Part shown: piece by piece, positions 15,911 through 25,400 of the stretch | Layout of the letters: each line of letters opens with the position of its first letter | Numbering within the stretch: position 1 is the stretch's first letter | Source: a virus | Lineage: Duplodnaviria; Caudoviricetes | Length of the DNA stretch: 35,443 bases | Reading direction: 5' to 3' (one strand) | IMG/VR virus record: IMGVR_UViG_3300025296_000057 | Location: 1-35,443 of that record | Notes under the pieces: generated by a model | What the model was told of the DNA's origin: nothing | What the model saw: the letters and a program-made list of their open reading frames with translations, nothing else | Databases searched by the model: none | Position numbers and translations under genes: made by a program

Positions 15911-17800
15911 TTACGGCTCCAAAAGTGTTAAAGTTCTTTCAAATCTGTCGTCAAGTCCTGTCATTTCAAATCCTGACAACTGAGCTACGTCTACATAATG
16001 AGTATAATTAGAATCATTGTGCCTAAATGTGTAGGAAAGTAGGGTGTCTGAATCTACTATTGTTCGTAAAAGATCATCTAATTGTGTTGGCGTTTTCCCT
16101 TTATATCCCTTTTTACCTCTAGGCCTAGTTAAGTCTATAGTTACCTGCCAACCATATTTTGCTTCCAGCTTTCGTCTAAACTGCATTTCAAACCTGTTGA
16201 TATCAGGAGATACCTTTGTGCTTGTACTTCCCCTAGCCAAAGTTAATTTAAACCTAATTGATTTAAATTCTAAACCAGCAGGTGTAGCAGAACTTGGAAA
16301 ATCATATTCTGTAACTCCGTCTGATGTTATAGAGCCAAGACTTGTAAATGATGTACTTCCATTTGTTGCGTAAGCTACAGCTACAGTTTCTGTGCTTGAA
16401 CAATGAGAAGTCTGAACTTTTAATTTTAAGGCTAGTTTAGTTGAAGTAATGTCGTTTGCATCAAAGTCTGGTGTTTGAAGTTCCCCGGCAGTATCAAACT
16501 TAAAATCGGTTATCTGGTCAGGATTAATTACATCTTCGCTTAAAGCAGTAAAATAAATAGTATCTGTTGCAGCAAACCATAATCTGTATTCATCGTATGC
16601 TGAACTAACGTGAGCAGCAGTAGCAGCTTGTTGAGATGTTGTTCCTGCCCATTTTACCTCCCAACCTAATTCGTTATATCCAAGTAGGGAACTGAGGCCT
16701 GATGCCTCGATAACCTGGCTCCTGTGTCCGGTTTGGGATGAACCTGTTGCCCATATATCACCCTCATTTCCTGTTGTTCCGTCTACGAGAGCTATTAAAT
16801 CATTGTGGGTTCCAACAAGTTGCCTTATTGTTCCTCTATAAGATGAAGGCAGACCGTGATCCCTGTCAGGGCCTACAACCTGCAACGTGCTTGTTTCTCC
16901 AACTTTATACTTGTAAACAGCTAATCCTACAGGAAAATATACCGAATCTCTCCATTTTAAAGAGCTTAATCCTGCAAATTCGTTAAAAGGAAGTCCTATT
17001 TCAGTTTCAAGCCATTTGGTATTTGTGTTGTCGTGAACGAACAATCCTACTTTCGTATTTGCATACAATACAGGATTGGCGCTTGAATCCCTGCCTACAA
17101 ATAAAGCTGTAACGTGATCGTCAGGCAACTGTAATTGTGCATCATTTGTCCAGGAAGTTAAGTTTGAAGAATAACCCAACAGTCCATCTTCGGTTATTCC
17201 CCACAGCAAATTATTCCAATATGCAAAATATTTAGGTTTAAATACTGTATTAGCCTTGTTAGTAAAGCTGCTCCCATTTGAAGTATAAGTATATCCTGCC
17301 GTATTTGATGCCCAGACAAGATAAGCCGTGTTGCTTATCCTAACCTTGATTACATCAGTAGCATCTCCCTGAAGTGTGTGCAGGGAGCTTCCCCAAGTGT
17401 CTGTGTTAGCATACTTCATTATCTTAGTTCCAAAGGCAGCGTAGATTTCGTTATTTAGATCGTGTATCGTCTGCACCTTGCCGGATTCACCTGATGCAGC
17501 AGTTGCAGTTGTCAACGGAGGAAGAACCAGGTGTTCTCTGAACCTTAACTGGGTTGTCGCCCACCAAGCTCTGTCTATTGTAGAAGAATCAACACCTCTT
17601 TCTATTCCTATTCCACCTCTAAAATCGCTAAAAGATACTGTAGATATATGTTGAGCAGCAGTCTGATCCGACTCACCTATGCTTATTTTTGGAGCAAATA
17701 ATGAAGTAAGAACCCTTCTAGGTGGACTTTTTATAGGAAATCTGTGTCCATTCAACAGAATTTCGTTTCTGTCTATTACGCTTCCTACCGAAGTAACCAT
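15911..17800 (-). CDS. Tail nozzle (tubular protein B / P22 gp10-like)
   Basis: 629 aa beta-propeller-like sequence, SDFRGG near the N-terminus, FKSIRFKLTL in the C-terminal beta domain; follows the adaptor. Confidence 0.7.
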   Translation of the reverse strand: MVTSVGSVIDRNEILLNGHRFPIKSPPRRVLTSLFAPKISIGESDQTAAQHISTVSFSDFRGGIGIERGVDSSTIDRAWWATTQLRFREHLVLPPLTTATAASGESGKVQTIHDLNNEIYAAFGTKIMKYANTDTWGSSLHTLQGDATDVIKVRISNTAYLVWASNTAGYTYTSNGSSFTNKANTVFKPKYFAYWNNLLWGITEDGLLGYSSNLTSWTNDAQLQLPDDHVTALFVGRDSSANPVLYANTKVGLFVHDNTNTKWLETEIGLPFNEFAGLSSLKWRDSVYFPVGLAVYKYKVGETSTLQVVGPDRDHGLPSSYRGTIRQLVGTHNDLIALVDGTTGNEGDIWATGSSQTGHRSQVIEASGLSSLLGYNELGWEVKWAGTTSQQAATAAHVSSAYDEYRLWFAATDTIYFTALSEDVINPDQITDFKFDTAGELQTPDFDANDITSTKLALKLKVQTSHCSSTETVAVAYATNGSTSFTSLGSITSDGVTEYDFPSSATPAGLEFKSIRFKLTLARGSTSTKVSPDINRFEMQFRRKLEAKYGWQVTIDLTRPRGKKGYKGKTPTQLDDLLRTIVDSDTLLSYTFRHNDSNYTHYVDVAQLSGFEMTGLDDRFERTLTLLEP

Positions 17801-19077
17801 TATACTGTTGGAACTCCTTGTGGTGTAGATAATCCACTAAGTATCCTTTCAGCTAATGCTCTGTATTGACCTGCTGCTGTTCTACTATCATCAGGATCAG
17901 TTACTCTACCTCCACTAATTGACATAAGTAATCTGTATGCTGCCAGATATATAATCAAACTAGGATTCACTTCACAGGCTGTACTGTCGGCAGATAAAGT
18001 GGCAGGCTTGTCAAAACCTACAATTTTTATCTTTTTATTAAATACTTTTCCCCTGCCTTGGGATGTTATGTGCAGAGTTCTATCTTCCCTGTTAACTTTC
18101 CATAAATAATTATCTAAAGTTTCATAATGCTCTGTTTCAGTCCTGTACGCCCTAATCTCGTCTACCCATAGTTCAGCACTATCCAACTCTGAAGCGTGGT
18201 TAGAAACGAATTGTACGGCTTGTATGGATGTATCTAGTTCAGGATTAGATAGGGACAATTCAACTCTAGTCCAGGTTCTAGCCGAAATAGCTGGCAAAGA
18301 TAAGGTTTCTCTTTTAGTTCCTGAAACGCTTGTTTCATATAATTCCAGTTCCAGGCTACTAGCAGTTAGAGCAGATGAGCTTTTTATCCAAAACTCAATC
18401 TTATCCATATCGCTTATATTGGTAGCGCTTGTTGCATTTGAATAGGCCAATGGAGTTCCGTCAGCTATGCTTGCACTAGCATTAAGCAAGTTTAAAGAGT
18501 TAGTTCCTTCTCTGTATTGAACAGTATCTGAGGAAACTGTGGTATATGTACCGGCAGTCCAGTCTGAAGAATTGGCATCATTAAGTTTTTCCGAATCTAC
18601 AGATGCCCTGTACTGTATTTTTGAAATCATTGAAATATTTGAAGGTATTGTATAGGTTTGCTGGTTCATATCTCCATATAAAGAAGTATCTTCATCTGGA
18701 ACCAGGACTCTATCTGATATTTCGGATATGCAGTCATTAATTATTCTGTTTATTCTTTCAGGATTAAACTCTGCATCCCATAATTCATAAGTATCTGAGC
18801 TAGCAGGAGTAAATGACATAGCAGTAGCAAAAGATAAAGTTGTACTGCTAGCTGTATAATCGGTAATTCTTCTGATATTTACAGTTGTTCCATCTGAAGC
18901 ATCAGTCACAAGTATCCATTTGCCTATATAGTCGTCATCTCCACCTATGAGTCCAGCACTATCGACTAACGTACTTGTACTTGTAGATCCGTTAGCAACA
19001 CCAATGTACACAGCGCCAAGATGCTCTCCTATGGCCTGTCTTATTGATTCTCTGGTTTCTGATTGTAATATTGCCAT
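17800..19077 (-). CDS. Head-tail adaptor (tubular protein A-like) with inserted domains
   Basis: TRESIRQAI, INRIINDCI, QQTYTIPSN, LSADS...LIIYLAAYRLL adaptor pattern. Confidence 0.7.
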   Translation of the reverse strand: MAILQSETRESIRQAIGEHLGAVYIGVANGSTSTSTLVDSAGLIGGDDDYIGKWILVTDASDGTTVNIRRITDYTASSTTLSFATAMSFTPASSDTYELWDAEFNPERINRIINDCISEISDRVLVPDEDTSLYGDMNQQTYTIPSNISMISKIQYRASVDSEKLNDANSSDWTAGTYTTVSSDTVQYREGTNSLNLLNASASIADGTPLAYSNATSATNISDMDKIEFWIKSSSALTASSLELELYETSVSGTKRETLSLPAISARTWTRVELSLSNPELDTSIQAVQFVSNHASELDSAELWVDEIRAYRTETEHYETLDNYLWKVNREDRTLHITSQGRGKVFNKKIKIVGFDKPATLSADSTACEVNPSLIIYLAAYRLLMSISGGRVTDPDDSRTAAGQYRALAERILSGLSTPQGVPTV

Positions 19078-19080
19078 TTT

Positions 19081-19440
19081 TTAAAAATATTGAGTGTTTT
19101 TACCTAATTTTTTATTCCTTGCCCAATCCGATCTTGCCACCATAGCAGCCTTGGCATCTCCAAGTTTATCAGAAAAACCTGGCTGATTTCTTATTTTAGC
19201 CTTTTCTGATTCTTTAGCCTGCTGCTCTTTATGCTTATCGTGAGCTACCTCATCCTGCCATTCGAGAATGTCTTTTAGCTGAATAGGATCCAGATGAGGA
19301 GCATCCGGTATTTTGATTGGTTGCTCCCCACCTTGTGGTCCTACAATAAATACGGTTGGATCCTGTGTGGCGTGACTATCTACATATTTTTTAGCTATAT
19401 GAGATTGACCTGCCGACATAGGCAACCATATATCAGCCAT
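19081..19440 (-). CDS. Hypothetical protein in the head module
   Basis: 119 aa, abuts its neighbours. Confidence 0.75.
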   Translation of the reverse strand: MADIWLPMSAGQSHIAKKYVDSHATQDPTVFIVGPQGGEQPIKIPDAPHLDPIQLKDILEWQDEVAHDKHKEQQAKESEKAKIRNQPGFSDKLGDAKAAMVARSDWARNKKLGKNTQYF

Positions 19441-20196
19441 TTAATGCCTTATGTTAAGCATACACCATTGGTTGTCTGAGTCTACTGCTGGTATACCCAT
19501 TGCAATACCAATGTTAGCTATGTCAGCTTCATCTGAATAGTCAGTTCTTTCTGCTTCTCCAGATTCACCTGATGCTTGCGATACTGTTAGCGCATCACCA
19601 ACAACACCTACTTGCGCACCTAGTCTTACGGAAGCTGGTCCTGCTGTCTGAATCCAGCAGTAATAATCTGCTGTTACAGGCATACAAGTTACGCCAACAA
19701 CTCCGGTAGTCATAGTTCCGTCACCATCAATGATTTTTATATCTTTGTAAGGATTGTACATCAATCCAAACAATGAAGATGTAGTTAGTGCTGTCACTAA
19801 ACCATCTTCTTCATCAATAGTAATTGAAAGTCCTGTTGCACCTGATACTGCTGTATTAGACTTAACTTGGTAAGTTTCACCTTGCCCTGGGCCATCGTTA
19901 AAGTAAACGTACCCATCTTTATACTGATTTAATGTTGTAGTTAAAGATGTTCCACTTGTGAACGAAGTTGATCCTGCTGTTGTAGCAGTAGCAGCCACAT
20001 CCATATCGTGTGCAGCAACTGGTCCAAGACCATCTACTAGATAACCACCGTGATCGATAGCTGTGCCACCATTTTCAGCGTAGTAAAATACTCTACCATC
20101 TGCTGTGACAGCTCTAGTACCTAGTTTGTGTTTTTGGGCCGATGTTTCCACCTTTTCCATACCCGGTTTTAAATTTAAACTTAGTGGATATGCCAT
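19441..20196 (-). CDS. Capsid decoration/cement-like protein
   Basis: LGTRAVTADGRVFYYA and YCWIQTAGPASV motifs, small-residue rich, AAGGAGG RBS, downstream of MCP. Confidence 0.6.
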   Translation of the reverse strand: MAYPLSLNLKPGMEKVETSAQKHKLGTRAVTADGRVFYYAENGGTAIDHGGYLVDGLGPVAAHDMDVAATATTAGSTSFTSGTSLTTTLNQYKDGYVYFNDGPGQGETYQVKSNTAVSGATGLSITIDEEDGLVTALTTSSLFGLMYNPYKDIKIIDGDGTMTTGVVGVTCMPVTADYYCWIQTAGPASVRLGAQVGVVGDALTVSQASGESGEAERTDYSDEADIANIGIAMGIPAVDSDNQWCMLNIRH

Positions 20197-20201
20197 TTTT
20201 T

Positions 20202-20340
20202 ACCTCCTTAAAGGTTAATCTTTACAGGCTCTAAGTCCTGCGATCAGTCGAAAATATTATACTGGACTCGTCTGATCGTTACATCCAGTTAGATGCAACC
20301 CTAGATTATCGGGTTTCCGTTTTTATCCAAGGTTGCATCT
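20202..20340 (-). promoter_or_regulatory. Structured RNA leader (hairpins plus pseudoknot)
   Basis: Five complementary pairings; G-U pairs are valid on the minus strand (see findings). Confidence 0.55.
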
Positions 20341-20618
20341 TTAATAAACGAAGGGTTAATTAATGGATGATCTGAACTTTTAGGTTCTCCTGGAGGTGAT
20401 AATTTAAACCCTCTCCTAAGATACTTTTTCAGACTATCTGCATCACCTGGAAGATTAGGCATTGACTCCCATTTTGTTTTGGTAGTTCCATCCTTAGTCT
20501 TGCCAACTTCAACTTCTTTATACAAAGTGATCCTCGGTATGCCACCGTATGTTTCGATGTCACCCACAGAATAGCCTTGTGCATTGATCTGTTGTCTAAG
20601 TTCAGTATCGATTGCCAT
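20301..20618 (-). CDS. Hypothetical protein downstream of MCP
   Basis: 105 aa, AAGGA RBS. Confidence 0.75.
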   Translation of the reverse strand: MAIDTELRQQINAQGYSVGDIETYGGIPRITLYKEVEVGKTKDGTTKTKWESMPNLPGDADSLKKYLRRGFKLSPPGEPKSSDHPLINPSFIKDATLDKNGNPII

Positions 20619-20628
20619 TATTTATCCT

Positions 20629-21498
20629 TTATGCACTCGTTGAGTGGTTGCCTATTTCATATTGTAAACTAGCTCCCCTAGAGTCGTCTAGTTCAAACAT
20701 TCCATAGTCCTCAGTTATAACCATCTCAGTTGCCCTTAGAGAAGCATCTCTCTGGCGCTCTACGTTTCGAGCAGCAGAAGTGATGTATCCCATAGCACCT
20801 GAAGTAGCTAAACACCCATATCCAGAGTCAACTCCACTTACTTTGTCAATGTTTCCATCTTCAAAGAAAGGTACTCCACCAATTCTGATTCCTGTAAAGA
20901 AGTCTTTTACTGGTGGCTTGTTGAATACGTCTGGTAGTGGGTAAGTAGCCAAAGGCGTAGTTATGCTCTGCGTTAGCTTGAATATAGCGTTAGGGTGGTG
21001 AACAATAAATGGATTAACTCCAAACTTGTCACCTTTTCCTCTTGCTATAGCCGATGTAGCATTAGCTAAACTAAAGTCTGCTCCGTCACCTCCAAGTTGT
21101 GTGCTTAAATTAGCAAAAAGGGCGATAGCATCTGTATCTTTCTTTCTTGCCATAGCATCTCCACCTTGTCTGCCGATCACAGTCATTACGTCTTGGTTAA
21201 ACTGTCTTGCCAGTTTGTCGGTTATTATGAATTTAAGTCCAACTTCAGAGGTGGTTGCAGATACTATTGAAGCATTAATTTCTTCAGAATCTGTCATATC
21301 CTGACCATCCACCAAGTCTGATGCAGTTGCCTGCGCAGCCTTTGGAATGTCCAGTTGTTTCTCACCTTTACCTAAAGTAAACTTTTCTATCAAACCAACA
21401 ACAGGCATATTGTGTTCTTCTGTATACCTCATCTGAGCAATTATAGTTCTTTGTACCGAACCTAAATTACCACTAGAGGCTGTTTGTATACTTGCCAT
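20629..21498 (-). CDS. Major capsid protein (HK97 fold)
   Basis: Follows the scaffold; KQLDIPK, long helix IGRQGGDAMARKKD, FIVHHPNAI, VERQRDASLRATEMV...YG. Confidence 0.85.
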   Translation of the reverse strand: MASIQTASSGNLGSVQRTIIAQMRYTEEHNMPVVGLIEKFTLGKGEKQLDIPKAAQATASDLVDGQDMTDSEEINASIVSATTSEVGLKFIITDKLARQFNQDVMTVIGRQGGDAMARKKDTDAIALFANLSTQLGGDGADFSLANATSAIARGKGDKFGVNPFIVHHPNAIFKLTQSITTPLATYPLPDVFNKPPVKDFFTGIRIGGVPFFEDGNIDKVSGVDSGYGCLATSGAMGYITSAARNVERQRDASLRATEMVITEDYGMFELDDSRGASLQYEIGNHSTSA

Positions 21499-21524
21499 TG
21501 TTTTCCTTAATTTTTAAACTTTTT

Positions 21525-22394
21525 TTAACCGTTCCAATTAGGGTTTTGCCTCCTCATAGCGCCTTCATACATATCCATAGTGATCTTTGGATCTCCAGCA
21601 CCGAATCTGCCTATAATGTCGTCATCGTTGCTTGGTATGTTATCAGGTGGAACGTCACCAGAGGTATTGAGTTGGGGAGTCGTTTCTCTAACAACTTTAT
21701 TTGTTTGCGATACAGCAGCAGCGTATTTTTCCATTTGTTCAGGAGTAGTAAATCCTTCAAGGTCGCCAGCCGGTACGTTATACCTGCCAGCTATTTGATT
21801 TGTAACAGTTACCTTTGCCTGACGATCTAGTTCTAGTTTCTGTTGCTCTATTGACTGCTTTTCCTGGTCAAGTCTTATTTGAGCCATAGCAGTTTGAGCA
21901 GCAGATTCGCCTTCCTGTCTTGCTTGTGTAACAGCTTGTGATTCATCTACTCCCTGTTGAACCAGCCATTGAGTTTTATCTCTTATGAACGTATCCCTGG
22001 CACTAACTATTTGTTGCTCTGAATACTGTTGATTCTGGGTAGTTGACTGTTGCTGTAAGTTATTAACCTGCTCTTGTAACTGAGAAACTTGTTTATCATT
22101 CTCAGAAGCACGTTTATCATAACTACTTTGCATTTTCGATACTTCATCGTGAGAATAAGTACGAATTTCTTGTGGTTGTTGTGTAGAGTCGTTATTACTA
22201 ACCTCTGTAGTTTCTGCTCCCTGATTGCTTGCTTCAGGCTCCCCGGATTCAACATTCTCTTTAGCTCCTTCCGATAATCCTTGTTCTACTTCGGTATTAA
22301 GTTGTTCCTCTGTAGTGGTATCGGTAAGAAGATCAGATTCCTGTTGTTGAGGCTCCTGAGTAACAGCATCTGAAGAAGTTCTTTCAGTTGTCAT
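21525..22394 (-). CDS. Capsid scaffolding protein
   Basis: Acidic disordered N-terminus, RTYSHDEV motif, Gln-rich coiled coil, immediately upstream of MCP. Confidence 0.8.
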   Translation of the reverse strand: MTTERTSSDAVTQEPQQQESDLLTDTTTEEQLNTEVEQGLSEGAKENVESGEPEASNQGAETTEVSNNDSTQQPQEIRTYSHDEVSKMQSSYDKRASENDKQVSQLQEQVNNLQQQSTTQNQQYSEQQIVSARDTFIRDKTQWLVQQGVDESQAVTQARQEGESAAQTAMAQIRLDQEKQSIEQQKLELDRQAKVTVTNQIAGRYNVPAGDLEGFTTPEQMEKYAAAVSQTNKVVRETTPQLNTSGDVPPDNIPSNDDDIIGRFGAGDPKITMDMYEGAMRRQNPNWNG

Positions 22395-22421
22395 TTTTCT
22401 CCTGTACTAAAATAATTTACA

Positions 22422-22475
22422 CGACATAATTGTCGCTAATATACAATCCTAAATCTAGTTTAAACCTTTTGTCAA
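22422..22475 (-). promoter_or_regulatory. Scaffold/capsid operon promoter with iteron-like operator
   Basis: TTGACA (22470-22475)-18 bp-TAGGAT (22446-22451); CGACA-TAAT-TGTCG at 22422-22435. Confidence 0.7.
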
Positions 22476-25400
22476 TTATTCTGGTGGTTTATAATATGGA
22501 GATGTCGTAGGCCAAGGGATTACACCTGGTACTTCACTTGTTCCTGCGCCTACTCCTGCCGGTTCTCTATCTATATTAAGATATTGCAAGAAATCCATCT
22601 CCGGCATTTTACTAATAGTTTTCTTAATTTGACCACCTCTCAGTATAAATGATGGTATTGGTTGTCTTGAATCCCATATAAAGGTAGCGTTTGGATCTAC
22701 TACTGATCCAGGAGATCCCCTTCTTTCAAATTCTAGTCTTGCATCTCTACTTTTAATTAAGTTAGCTATCCAAAACTTACCTACATTCCACCTTTTACCT
22801 TGCTTAATTAGTTCTGTTAAAATTTCTGGTTTATGGTATAGAAGATTCGTATTTCTATTGACGTATGCAAGCTGATCCCTGTTCCAGCCACCAACTAAAA
22901 CATCCTCTCCGTCTTTGTCCTGAATCACAACTTCCCTACCTTTTAATAAAAATTCTGATTGAATTTCAAATACCTTTTTATCCATCAATTTTGTATCTTC
23001 ATCTAAAAATATATCAAACACTTCGTACCATTGATTCAGCGCCTCAACATTTTCTTCATTTTCTTCTATTGACTGATCGTAGTCATAGATTAAATTCCTT
23101 TCCCATTCTATTCCCTGCTTATTGCCATAATAAAAATTTTTAGCCTCTGTCATATCATTTACAAAGTCATAACCAGTATATTTATCCCCGTTATCGTCTT
23201 TTTTGTTTTTGAACCATCTGTAGAAATCATCCTCTCTATTTAAACGTGTTGTATCAGCTATATCGTAGGAGTTTCTCTGTTGAGGAGATGCGTACCCAAA
23301 AAGCTCTGTTGCTAGATTCCTCCATAGTCCATCATCATAGTCCTGCATAGTGTCTTTTATTTCTCGGTCAAATTGCCTTTTTCGGTATGGCTCTAGCCTG
23401 GTATAGTCCAAACCAGCTTCCCTAGCTTTCTCTATTAATTTATCCTTATAACTTAATGGAGCCTCAGTAGCTCCTAACATATTGCCTATGGCTTTAGGCA
23501 ATATTAATGCTTTATTGTCATCCCTTAAATTGTCTGGTATATCCTGAATAGAAAATGGTTGGTATTGATCTCCAACATACAACATCGTGTCTAATATTCT
23601 TTTTTGAACAGGATCCTCTTTATTTCTTATTGGACTTCCATCAAATTCTTTATTAAAAAGATAGTCGTTTGCAATTCTTATAAGTCCTGAACCTTTAAGT
23701 CTTAAAAAATTTAACCCTGCCTCATCAAATTTTCCTTCCTTTGCTAGAATTATCATTCCGTAGAATAAAGCCACTTCCTTCGTGGCTAATCCCAACAAGT
23801 TGAAATCTGAATCACCTACTCTTAGCCTTACAAAGTTTGAATTAACTCTATAGGTACCATCGTGTTGCTTGATTATAGGCCTAAAATCTGTATCGTGACC
23901 TTGTAAATCATTTATCATCACAGTCAAATTAGTCATCCACATAACTTGCTTCCAAAATGTTAATGCTGCTGTCTTTGACTGATGGCTTCTTGAACCGATA
24001 GGCACAGAACCTCTCATTGCCATTGCCATCCATTTCATACGACTATATAAATATCTAGGCGCATACAGAAGTATACTTCCTAAATCAGTTTGCCATCCGT
24101 ATCTCCTGTCAATATAGGTTGTGCCTGTCATAGTATTAGCAAAGTCGCCAATACCCTTGGCGTATTTTTCGATAATCTGCTCTTTAGTAAGTCCTGCTTG
24201 AAATAATTCTTGGGACTTCCTCTGCGCTACATCTATTCTCACCCTTTGAAGCATAGTGTCAAACATTCTGTTAGCTGTTGCACTACCCCATCTGACAAGT
24301 TTTATTGGTCCTAATAAAAGTTGACTTTGGTCATATTCAGGATTTTCCATATTTACTGCATCAAGTTCAGATGCCCATTTTGTTAGGGTTTGTTCTATTT
24401 TTCCTATGACTCTGCCATCCATCTGTTTATTTAATTTTTCACTATTTTTAAAGAATGTTGTAAACTCACTACCCTGTAAGTTAATTCCAAAATACCTAAC
24501 CATTTCTTGAACAGTAAAGCCTCCAGTTTCTTCAGCTAACTTATCAACACTAAGAGTATATTTTGTAAGTTCATCTGGATCCATAATTGTTTTTATATTA
24601 GATTTTAATGCCTTACCCCATATCTCAGGTTTATGCCAAAGTGCGTACTGACCTTGAATAAGAACTGCCGAATCATCAAGTGTGCTTGTAGTCATTAAAT
24701 GAATGGTTGATGCCATTCTTACTTTTTCATAACCAGGCAGTCTCCGAAAAAAACTCTCACCTTCTAAATGTCTGTAAAATTTACTCAGAGAATTAGCATT
24801 TCTTTCATTGAAGTAAAGACCTTCGAGTTCTTTTATCTTTACACCTTTTAACTCTTTATAGAATCCATTACCCTTTTCCAGTTTGTTTCTAAAATTTTTA
24901 ACTAACTTTTTAACGCTAATATATTCCTTGTCTAATTGTTCAACTGCAAACTCCAGTTCCTCTTTAGTCGCACCCTTGGTAGGGCCAGCAGCAAGTATTG
25001 CTTTAAAATTTTTCCTTACGTCATCTATAGTGGTACCTGCATCGTGAATTTCATCGTGCATATTTTGTATGTGGTCATCTACTCTATCTTCGTAAAATTT
25101 AGAAATCCTAGCCATTTTAGATCTCTTTTTATTTATAATTTTTAATTTTTCTGCCAAGTCGGGATCAACTCTTTCCATTACTTCTTGTTCTGAAAAAGCT
25201 AATTTTTCTCCATTCGCATCTGTAAAATTACGTAAACTGGTTCTAACGTGTACGTCTAAAGATTCTCCTGCAACTTGACCGATATATTTATTTAAAGCAG
25301 TTTCAAGGTCATCATATTCAAATCCTCTGTATATTCCTTCTGCCTGAGAATTAAATACTGCTCTACCTAGAAAATCAGGTCTTTTTTTGTATCTACCATT

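Noticed and set aside
20221-20247. Hammerhead ribozyme (CUGAUCG-stem-UAAA)
   Set aside because: Core deviates from CUGANGA and GAAA, and I could not build stems I and III
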